Positions 40,650 through 51,308 of a DNA stretch of 64,000 bases are shown here, one piece after another; the first letter of the stretch is position 1; each line of letters opens with the position of its first letter. Source of the stretch: Octopus vulgaris (taxonomy: Eukaryota); assembly GCA_951406725.2 (NCBI GenBank), contig OX597832.1:69440001-69504000 (forward strand), written 5' to 3'. The notes beneath the pieces are model-generated. The model was not told the DNA's origin and made no database searches. It saw only the letters and a list, made by a program, of their open reading frames with translations. A program made the translations under genes and the position numbers.

Positions 40650-41003
40650 ATACAGGTTTTATGTCGGAATTAACCCAGTTACCTGAGTTACCTTCTCCTA
40701 GAAGGATGCCCTAATAAAGGCTAGGAGTCCTTTACTCTCAATGGTTTAAACGTGCGATCGGGTATTCAGTCCGATTATTTCTATGTGCCCGCGCATGATA
40801 CAGCCTTAAGCCTTAAAAAAAAAAAATTACACATTTGTTGGATGGACGTTGACTCTCAAGAGTTCCTCCGTCCTTTGACGGGTTTTGTTTTTCATCCCGC
40901 AGGGTGTCCAATAAACACCCTTCTCACCAAGCAAGCTTGGTGGGGTTGTTGGTTTAGTCGCCGACGACCCGACCATGCAACGGTTTGTACTGGGTTACAT
41001 GAC
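40650..41003 (-). mobile_element. Unclassified interspersed repeat, possibly a LINE 5' region or SINE
   Basis: GC-richer non-coding block bounded by microsatellites. Resembles structured RTE-type 5' regions from memory only. Confidence 0.35.
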
Positions 41004-41212
41004 ATATATACATGACATATATACGTGACATATATGACATATATACATATATACATACATACATACATACATATGCATACACATATACCAACAAACACAT
41101 ACATACATACATGCACACATGCATACATGCACGCATACAAACACGCACACACACATACACACATGCACGCATACACACACACTCACACACATACACACAC
41201 ACACACACGCAT

Positions 41213-41245
<33 letters not shown>

Positions 41246-41261
41246 CATACAACTATATATA

Positions 41262-41710
41262 CATTGTCGTCAACTTACGAACTTACGTTAACAGTTGGTT
41301 CCGATTGACTGGTCGTGAGTCGATTCAGTCGTAAATTGGCCTTTAGGCCTACATTGCTTTGTTTTACATTTTTACATTCTTAAGGTGTATTCTCAGATAA
41401 ATAGCACAGACTCACAATTCTGTATTATACTATTATACTGGTGTTAGTCAAAAATTTCGAAGTCTCAAGCAGTTGTCTTATAAAGAAATGCTAGGTTGTC
41501 TAGATGTCTCAGCGAGAGGATAGTTTTCCAACATAGTGGCGATCGATAACCAAACCCGGGGGAAGTGTTTGTTAGTTGACATCATCCGTAGACGGGTTAA
41601 TTTCAAGAAATTAAACCAACTAGATTTCAACTGAGCTATTTATTATTGCTGCCGGGAGCTGGCGCGCCACTCGCCGTAAAGTCGATTGGTCGTAAGCCGA
41701 CGATGACCTG
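41262..41710. mobile_element. Tigger/pogo-type MITE
   Basis: Ends cattgtcgtcaacttacga / tcgtaagccgacgatgacctg with TA flanks and subterminal gtcgtaa repeats. Confidence 0.72.
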
Positions 41711-41734
41711 TATGTATATATGTATATATATATA

Positions 41735-42912
41735 AATCAAGAGTCAGTTGAGGTAGGTATCTAAGTCGAAGCACCAAGCTTGTCCGGTATAGTTCGCACA
41801 GCTCGAAGTAGGTGAACAAAAAGCAAACAAGTAAATAAGACGTCCAGGTATCAGTGCATTACGACCGTTCCAAGCGATTCCATTTAATCGATCAATGAAA
41901 ACATTACATCAATTTGAATATGACTGCACTCCTCGCAGCATACAAGCATATAGATTTCCAACATACAAGATACACCATTACAATTTTTTAGCAAGTTTTC
42001 ATCAGTACTAGAGACTAAAATAATTAGTGTTTCTCTTTGCGATTTTTGTGGCAGAATGAATTTCAGGAAAAATCCTTAAAGCTTACTATAATCTAGAGTG
42101 GCAGAAGAAAAATACCGGGGGTCAAGAAGGAGGAAGTGTGATATAGTTGCATTCGCCTTTATCACATTCAAAAGACTCAATGCAGCATGTAGCCTACAAC
42201 CTCTGAGAACTAAGTCATTGGGAATTGACAGTTAAGTTCATGTTGGTGGTGATAAATTAATTAATGTCAGATACTATTTTACTGCGGCCGTAAAAAGCAG
42301 GCATATCTACATAAAAGAATATGTCTCAGAAGATGCTACTAAGATAAAGACATATAGAGAAGGTGATGACCAGACAGAGGAAGGAAAGGGGGGATTTAAC
42401 ATATTATGATTATCAAATAAAGGGGCCAAAAATGGAAAACTATAGAGGTCATAAGATCTAAGTGTGGGAATTAAAGGTACGGCAAAAGATATGTATCCAA
42501 ACTTAGCAAAATTTATGTATTAAAATATTAAAGTATTTAAGAACCAAGTAAGTGAAAGAGGATAAATAAACCAATCTAAGCCATAAAGATGGTGTAATTT
42601 TGTATATAAGAGAGTCCTCATAACGCTTCTTATTAGCATAATGCTAAGGTGGTCATGCTAAAACTATTCAACAATGAACTTATAATTCAAATATCATCCG
42701 AGAAAGGGTACACGTTTTCTATTGAATCAAACCAAAGTTTAACGGCTAAGGAAATAAGATAAATATTTCTATATGGGGTAAACTTAGTTAAAAACTTTGA
42801 AAAAAGTATATTTATATATTAAAAAATTATCAGCAATATGAAAAAATCGGGAAAAGGTATAAGAATACCACATATATCTATGTAGAAATATCATATGTAC
42901 ATATATACCTAT

Positions 42913-42947
<35 letters not shown>

Positions 42948-44112
42948 CATATATCCATATATGTACATACACACACATACATATACATATATCCATATAT
43001 GTACATAAAAGCATATATACATATGTACATAAAATGATATAGTACAATTATAAATATAAACGTAAATAAATATAAACACCATATTGTACTATATTATAAC
43101 ATGATTATTATGGAAGTTAGAAACCCCTTCACAATCCATGATTACACCAGTACATATGAGGGTACGCAGAGGTATAAAATGCAATAATATAAGATAAAAG
43201 GATAAATAAAATAAAGTAAAAAATACATAAAAGGTAAAATAGTTTTGTATAAAATTCCAATAAAGAATGAATTGATAAAATGAAAAAATCGTAAAATGTA
43301 TACCGGATATAAAAATTAAAGGTAAAAGATAAGAATAAGTTAAGGTAGTCATCACGAAAAGTAATTGAAAATTAAGATGAAATAAAATAGAGATAGCATT
43401 GTAAATGGTTTTAAAAAATATTTAAAAGATATATTACAGACACAGATATGTGTAAAATCATAACAGTTCATAAGGAGTATTTAATATACTTAAGTGAAGA
43501 TTAAGATCTGGTAATCCACTTTAGATATACGTCTTTTGACAGGTAAGGGAAGAAAGTATTTGAACCAAAAGTGGAAATAGGGAAGTATAAGTATAGGAAG
43601 AATGCAGATTAAACAGGTAGGGGCTATAAGAGGGCAACATTATGTACTATTCCATACAATAGAAGTCATGTTATGAAAGATATGACACCCCAGGTACTTT
43701 CTGCCACGAAATCATAGTATTTTATTTGTTTCTGAAGGTTCGGGTGATCCTATGTACAGAAGACACTCTAAGGTCCAATTTATTATTAATTAGGTTTTTC
43801 TTATATATATACTTGAAAATTTTGAAAATTTCCATACAACATAGTTCGCATCCATATCTTTGTATGGCTGAGTTCCACGATATATATTCCATTTAAGTCT
43901 AAATTTGGTATTGTTATTCTTAAGTTCCAGATTTTACCAGGTAATGATGTACTGTTGGCTTTATGTCTAAGTATAAGAGATGAAAAATGGTTATTAAGGC
44001 ACTTCTGCATATTTATCGAGCACCCGATGTAAATAAAATTTCAATCATTACTGTACCTTTGTAAACAACGATCTAATAACGGGCATTGGGATCTTACCCT
44101 ACAATTGCAGCT
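41735..44112 (-). mobile_element. 3' remnant of a Penelope-like element (GIY-YIG endonuclease + long AT-rich 3' region)
   Basis: Minus strand 44112-43800: SCNCRVRSQCPLLDRCL, then FIYIGCSINMQKCLNNHFSSL..KANSTSLPGKIWNL..WNIY..PY. A degenerate hammerhead lies at 41855-41944 and the element ends at (TA)n. The extent of the UTR is inferred. Confidence 0.7.
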
Positions 44113-44139
44113 GCGGATATTATTGCTATTATCACCATC

Positions 44140-44750
44140 ATATTGTCTTTCCATAGCTTCTAACGTTGGAGATGTACTACGGTGTCAACTGTTCATCACC
44201 AGCAACGCCTATTATTTTTCGAGCACCATCCGGAGTATTCGAGCGGTTCCAAGCAGTGCTGTTTTCTGCAAGTACTCCACACTTATTGCAGCCCCTATTT
44301 GCTCTGTCAAGTCCATACTTGTTGCTAAGTCTCCAATAGACAATCTTTGCTATATTGTCGTGACGTCTCTTATATATTTTGGGGGGCTAGTGGCGTACAT
44401 TCACTGGTAATATGCCATACGGTTTCACCATTTTGTTCACAAATTCTGCACTTATCACTTTCTGATGTGTTGTCTATTCTGAATTTGATGTAATTCGTTC
44501 TTAACGTTTGCTCTAGGGCAGCACAGATTAGAGTCCCCGTTTCCGGTTTTAAAACACTTTTAGTCCTCCATAGCCATCTTTTCTACCTGTCTTACCTTCA
44601 ATATCCCTATGAAATTGTCCATGCGTTCTTTACTTTATCCACCTATTTTAAGTTTCATTCATTCTCAAGTGCTTGTACAGTGCTTTATCTTTGCAATTTT
44701 CCATCCTACACAAGCCTGATCTTCTTACTTCCAATAATAGCGTTTTTTGT
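44140..44750 (-). mobile_element. Decayed 3' end of an R4/Dong LINE
   Basis: QIGAAISVEYLQKTALLGTARILRMVLEK*; upstream CAALEQTLRTNYIKFRID. Confidence 0.82.
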
Positions 44751-44769
44751 GGCATAGGGTTTTCCAGCA

Positions 44770-44995
44770 TCTACGAGCTTGAGCCAGGGTAGCACTACCT
44801 ACTCCAGGTACTTGAGCCAGGGTAGCACTACCTACTCCAGGTACTTGATGCACGCTCCCATGTTGAGTTTGAAGCGGTGTGTGAAAATGAATGGAGGCAT
44901 AAAGTCGCCATCACTAGTGATCCCTCCAAACACAGTTATGTTGACTGGAGGTTTGATTTTTATCCCTTTCGGTGCATGTCTTCAGATTGACACCC
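44770..44995 (-). mobile_element. Tc1/mariner (maT DD37D-like) transposase fragment with a 33 bp tandem duplication
   Basis: IKPPVNITVFGGITSDGDFMPPFIFTHRFKLNMGACIKYLE*VVLPWLK; 44778-44810 is duplicated exactly at 44811-44843. Confidence 0.75.
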
Positions 44996-45248
44996 AAATA
45001 CTCCGAAATGTTCCTTCTGGAGCGTCCGGCGCGAATGTCAAGCAGTACAGCATGTCGTTTCCAAATTTTCGGCAGAGTGAATAGTATAATGGTGCTGTTT
45101 TTATCACACGACGCCTAACTGACCCTACTATATTGTGTAGTCGACAAAATCAAAAACAAACAATGCACATGGGTAAAATTAGAAATATAAAATGGTAACA
45201 ATTTACACATCGCACCTATGTATGTCTGTGTGTGTATATATATATAAA

Positions 45249-45650
45249 CTAGCAGAGATACCCAGTGTTGCCCGTGTAACATCGAATTGAAGAATTTCTT
45301 TTATATCTTTACTAATGAACTGGAAATCAACGATTCGAATTTCAAAATTAGTGGTTAAGAATTTCAATAGGGGTTCTTTCCCTCTTTACACAAAAATCCT
45401 AATCATAACATATTTATCCCATACTATTCTTTATGCCCGGATTCCAAAATCCAAATCTTGTAAAACCCATTTAAAGGTGAAAAATGGAGCACAGGGAGCT
45501 CTAAAAGTGGGAGTTAAGGCTCCTATTAGGGGGTCTTTAAGTCAACCAGAGAAGCTGAATTGATGGGAATCTTTTGACTTGTGTCTTATACCTATTGCTG
45601 AAATTTCTTTGAAATCGAAAATATATGAATGTTCACTGGGCTTGTAAAAG
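45249..45650 (-). mobile_element. Degenerate Helitron-like element (3' end visible)
   Basis: ctagcagagatacccagtgttgcccgtg parallels the CTAG + hairpin end at 9501; the far boundary is uncertain. Confidence 0.5.
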
Positions 45651-45817
45651 AGAGCAAAGTTAGGGGAAACCAAAAGACCAATGTAGGATTCTTCACTAAA
45701 CAGGTGACGGGTACAGCTGTAAGGTGCATTACGGATCTATAGCAATTGAAAGCGCGTGACCCAGGTCAAATAAACATTAACGAAAGTGTGATGTGAGGGC
45801 TAAGGAGGAATGAAAGA

Positions 45818-45870
45818 ATGAGCCGATTACATGACCCCAGTTGAATACTGGGGTCATGTAATCGGCTCAT
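45818..45870. repeat. Perfect 24 bp inverted repeat with 5 nt loop
   Basis: atgagccgattacatgaccccagt-tgaat-actggggtcatgtaatcggctcat; the arm sequence matches the SINE family 2 3' segment. Confidence 0.95.
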
Positions 45871-46423
45871 CCACTCGCCCAAAACTACTGCCCTTGTAAC
45901 AAAATTTGGAACCATTATTATTATAACCATATGAGAATTATAACACGTTATAACCAAGTGCACACGCACACGCAAACACAATAATCCATTGAGAAACTTG
46001 GTACATTTCCCACATTCCGGTAAGATTTTTCAAAATCCAGTTTTGTATTTCTAATTGCTTAGGTCCCTAGCAACGAAAAATATGCCTGGCATTGTCGAGT
46101 AGAATTGAATTTAAGTGCTTTCATTTTCTCTGTCCTCGATGATGTCACACAGTACATGTTATGTACTGTGTGTGCGTATCTCCAGTTGTTTGTACATAAA
46201 GAAAGGAGAATATACCGTATGAGGAAGTTGCTGCCCCCACACTCACGAGTTTTCTTCAGTCATTATTCTCCGATGGTTTTGGAATTGTGTCCAAATTTTT
46301 GGTAAGGATTTGAGAAATTACGTAGTTGTTTCAGGCAAGACAAGGTTTGATGCCAACAGTAGCTTCTGAATTGTCCATTGTGTAGATGTTTTTGTTTGTA
46401 TGTGTACGCGTGCGTGCGTATAT

Positions 46424-46457
<34 letters not shown>

Positions 46458-46690
46458 ATATATATATATATGTGTGTGTGTGTGTATGTGTGTGTATGTG
46501 TATGTGTGTGTGTGTGTGTGTGCAATAATCAAAATATCTCCTCTTCTCAACAAAACAAAGTATTTTCTGTTTATATAAAATGCGGAAGTAATTTACTGTG
46601 TATTACCTTGATGAGTTCGATTGAACGAAAGAAAGCGCTAATTGACTGTCTCCTCCTTCTTAATGTACAATATCTGTACACCACTTTAAA

Positions 46691-46730
<40 letters not shown>

Positions 46731-47071
46731 CTATATAAGAACGTGTTAGAGTACAGTATAGAGCTCGTCCACCTTCAGAACAGACCAGTATAGGAAATAT
46801 TCCTATATGCTTCAAACGATAAAATTGGGCTTTATATTATATTTACACACACACGATATATTTATACAAACAGAAACATAGATACATACATATAAGTACA
46901 TATATATATACTCATATACACATACATATATGAACGCATACACATACATATCTCTATACTTGCATACATATATATATATATATGCATAATTCAGGGTAGC
47001 ATTACACAAGTTCATCATCAACAACAGCAGGAGATGTCTTCAAAATTCTCAATTGTGTCTGTTTCTGTACA

Positions 47072-47666
47072 TGATGGCTGCCCCCTCGTTATCGAGTATG
47101 GCCATTGCACGAGGTGCTAAGACCTTTACTGGCAATAGTCAGCTGAGCTGTAGTTGCAACTGGGCTTCATATACTTTTGGTATATTGTTTAAGTTCTCCT
47201 GCTGAATCACACTCCCTTCCACATGTCTGACAGATATGATTAGCTTGGTGTGTAGCACCACCACCAAGAGCGGCCTGGTAGTCAATCACCGGTCTCGCTT
47301 TATGGCTACGAAGATGACTCTTGAGTCCAGCTTTACTGAGGCAGGGTCTTGCACAGACACTGCTTGTCACCGTCATAGGAAGACTTTTACCATCTGGAAG
47401 TGCAACAGCGATGCCCTTCCTAACATCCCTCTTTACTTTCTCATGCGCAACTCGAGATTTCTCAAAAATAGCTGTCCCCTCATGTACAATCCTTCTCCAC
47501 CTGCTCTGGTCAATAGCTATGCCCTCCCATGTGTCAGGAGAGATACTAGCATCTTTCAAGGCAGCCTTCAGCAAGTCATTAGACCACTTTTTAGGTTAAT
47601 GTGGAAGGTCTTTCTCCTTTAGCTAACTCTCCATAAAAGAGTTATTTTGGCATCCTTGTCTTTCAT
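47072..47666 (-). mobile_element. 3' end of an RTE-clade LINE with C-terminal C2H2-like fingers
   Basis: LKAALKDASISPDTWEGIAIDQSRWRRIVHEG..CARPCLSKAGLKSHLRSH..CQTCGRECDSAGELK; 3' UTR tcgataacgaggggcagccatcat. Confidence 0.85.
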
Positions 47667-47746
47667 ATACGCGTGTTTCGGAATTAGATCGGTATAAAGA
47701 ATATAGAATTATACTTTACCCAATCATTTTCGTTCATCAGCATGGG
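47664..47746 (-). ncRNA. Type I hammerhead ribozyme with extended stem II
   Basis: Minus strand: cccaug CUGAUGA ac gaa aau gauugg g uaaag uaua auuc uaua uu cuuua ua ccgauc uaa uuc c GAAAC acgc GUA uaug. The sister arm reads GAAAC gcgc GUA cauggg. Confidence 0.75.
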
Positions 47747-48322
47747 ATTCCAACAATATTAAATAATAAATATTAAATTCGAAGGCACTGGAAAAATTGA
47801 ATATATCTCTCCACCTAACGGTATGAGACATATCATATTCAGTGTTAGTGCCGCCGAATTCAAAATACGAATGAGGTTCATCACCTTCCCCTGCCCATCA
47901 GCGCGTGTCGTCAAGTAAGATACTACAGAAAAAAAACTGTAGTTTGTTATCAGGGAGAAAAGTCCCATTATCAATAATAACAAAGGGTAAAATTAATTAA
48001 TTAAGAAGTAATCAATAATTTCACCAAGTAGAACTCGGCATGAAAAAAGACCATTTCACGGTAAACTTAAGTAATGGTTGGGTAAAGTATAATTCTATAT
48101 TCTTTATACCGATCTAATTCCGAAACGCGCGTACATGGGTAACCAGATATGGATTGATTTTCGTTATTTTTCCTCTCTGCCTGTGTAGATTGTTTTCAAG
48201 TATTTTGTTTTTTCTGGGAGTCCCTTTTTAAAGTAGAAGAAATAACTAAGGTTTTTTGACTGCTATTTCTAAACTTCGGTATGTGGTAAAGCAAATCTTT
48301 GCTGAACCCTAATTATAAAGTA
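47664..48322. mobile_element. Inverted Penelope-like pseudo-LTR pair
   Basis: 47664-47727 is an almost exact reverse complement of 48073-48137; both arms carry hammerhead elements. Confidence 0.75.
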
Positions 48323-48323
48323 T

Positions 48324-48695
48324 ACTCTCTCTTTTACTCTTTTACTTGTTTCAGTCATTTGACTGCGGCCATGCTGGAGCACCGCCTTTGGTCAAGCAAA
48401 TCGACCCCGGGACTTATTCTGTGTAAGCCCAGTACTTATTCTATCGGTCTCTTTTGCCGAACCGCTAGGTGACGGGGACGTAAACACACCAGCATCGGTT
48501 GTCAAGCAATGCTAGAGGGACAAACACAGACACACAAACATATACACACACATACATATATATATATACATATACACGACAGGCTTCTTTCAGTTTCCGT
48601 CTATAGCAAAAGACACTTGCCCAAGATGCCACGCAGTGGGACTGAACCCGGAACCATGTGGTTGGTTAGCAAGCTATTTACCACACAGCCACTTC
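48324..48695 (-). mobile_element. SINE family 1 with internal deletion
   Basis: tttactcttttacttgtttcagtcatttgactgcggccatgctggagcaccgcc..gcagtgggactgaacccggaaccatgtggttgg..ccacacagccac. Confidence 0.92.
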
Positions 48696-49551
48696 TATAT
48701 ATATATATAAATGTATAGCTTTATGCATATATACTTGATTCCGTACCCACATACGCGCACACACATGCGTATAGATAGATAAACTGATAGTGAGTTAGAT
48801 TGATCACTGTACCACGAATATACCTATATATGCACAAATATCAACTTGGCTGTCAGTCCAACTATCTTCATGTATATGTATCTCAGTGTGTAAAGATGTG
48901 TATGTTTGATTAGCTGTACGAATGAGACACATATGGGATTTAAGAGTTTTTATTTAAAGATTATTATGCAGAGTTCATCAAGAGAAAATACACAATGTGT
49001 AAACAGAAACAGAAAAAAGCTGACGCCACACAAAAAAAAAACAAGTAATGTAAAATTAATTTTAAATTAAAACTTCTGAAATTGCTATTCTCAGTTGTGA
49101 GTTTTCCATTTCTGAATCAACGAGAACGGAACCAACCAAACTCTTATTTAAGTATGAACACATGATGATGCATACATAGTGTTCATATCCTCTATGTAGT
49201 GTCCACCAACATAAAGAATATTCTTTATGCACCACAGATGATCCGCCATCAAGACTGGTCAGCGAAATATCTTAGAATGCTGAGACGAAAGACTAACTGC
49301 ACATCATATAGATTCACGATAGCATTACTTATCTTGGTTGGTGTTACACAATAACTCGAGGTTGTTTGGAGTTATTCCAGAAGGTATTTTGAAACATTTC
49401 AACAAACGTTCCCATGTATGATTGCAAAACAATTCGTTGAATGTAAAATCCAGGTCAACAGAAGAAAAGCGTTATGTCTTGACTGGATCTTGAAACCGTT
49501 AACTCTGAAGGTGTCCGGCTTTAAACTTTAACAAATTTTTAAGCATTTCCA

Positions 49552-49552
49552 A

Positions 49553-49601
<49 letters not shown>

Positions 49602-49622
49602 TAGAGAGAGAGAGAAAGAGAG
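49552..49622. repeat. (GA)n microsatellite
   Basis: Direct reading. Confidence 0.95.
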
Positions 49623-51258
49623 TGATGCTCACACGTCTCCAGTCGTTTTTGTTCTACTTCGATCTGAAGAGGATCGTCTCTTGGCCTGGGTAGGCACCTC
49701 TACCCAACTAACGATTCATCTCTAGACATCCGTAAACAGGAATTATTCTCTTCTTATTTTCTATGACTTTCGCAGTGCATTTCTAGGAAGACTCTTCTGT
49801 CCTCCCCCACCCACCAGTTTCCGAACGAAATTTCTTGTCAGTTTCCTTTTACTCCTCTGTTCTCGCCAATGACAAGTTCCAACGATTTGTTGTTCTGCCA
49901 GATGAGTCACATATCTTACTTAGTGGTAATGCGTGATGGCGACTTCACAAAGTTGTAGAATCGGATAAAATGTTTTGTGTTATTTGTTACAGCTCATTTT
50001 GAGCAGAGTTCAAATCCGGTTTAGTTAACTTCGAGATTTATTCTTTCATAGTCGATAAATATAATTTAATTTCGTACTATCTCAGGGAGGTGGATTTGAG
50101 GAATTATTAAAGCATTGGTTAAGAGGAATTATTAAAGCGTTGGTTAAGATACTTTACTCTATTTCTCTGGCGCTTTACATTCTGAATTCAAAATTGTCTC
50201 AAGACCCTGATACCTAGGGCTATGCAGCCAACCACAGGAGTACACACTCAACTCACAATCAGCCATCGCAAATAGGCAATAGCATGATGATGCTTCATTC
50301 GTCAACAAGTTGTTGTTTTTGTTGCAACTGTTTATGGCTGCGTAGTTGATGTTTGGTTGTTGATGATAGTGATTTTAGGTGAGGTGGTGACGGAGGTGAA
50401 AAAGGTATAGTTACCAAGCTGTTCTGGTTGCCTTCTTGCATCACCTCCGATGCTTACACTGACGGAAGTGACATATTATCTTTTGTAGCGGTTGTTACTG
50501 GCGCTAACTGTGATATTGGTTGTTGTAGTGCGGTTGGTGTCGTTGGTGTCGGTAGTGGAAGTGACATTACCTGTTGCTGAAGACACGCATCTAATGGAAG
50601 CGCTAAATGCTTCGCTGAGAGTGTAAAAGTTATGGTGCTGTCACCGACTCCGTCTCCACCGTGAAAAGCATTGATTCTGTTATTCATGTCATTGATGTTG
50701 TTGCTGGTTTCGTCCGCATCTTCACCGCCATCAACGATGTCGATGGTGGTGGTGTTGCTATGGTGATGCGGCTGCTGCCATCATCATGGTAATGTTGTTA
50801 GTGTTACCGGTGGGGATGGCGGCAATCATCGGGGGAGTGAGTGGTGGTAGGAACGATGTTGTTTAAGCTTCCTATGACTCGGACCACCTCACCTCTCAAC
50901 ACTGTTTCCACCATTGATGCCATTATTGATTTTTAGAATTTTCAAAGCAAACCGCTTTTAGTTAATTTTCTCTTTTATTTTATCCTTTGAAACGGTGTAA
51001 AAGAGGTACTGTCAACCTCTCCCAGCACTCGCTGTCAGTTCCGCCAAATAAATAAATAACAACGAGAGAGTTAACAATGAATTCCCTATTCAACCAAAAG
51101 ATGACAATTCTAACAAAACTAGTGGAATGGCAAAAGTACATGGCAAATTCTCCAGAAAAAACAGCAACAATAACAATAGTAATAGCTCCTCTCTTATTTT
51201 GCCACTGGGACCAATTTATACATGCAACAAAGTGCAGGGCTATAAAGACATGTGGCAA

Positions 51259-51308
<50 letters not shown>

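Noticed and set aside
49655-49750. CTGAAGA-ggat..atcc-GTAAAC hammerhead-like string
   Set aside because: GAAAC is interrupted, and no helix III, cleavage triplet or stem I partner follows.
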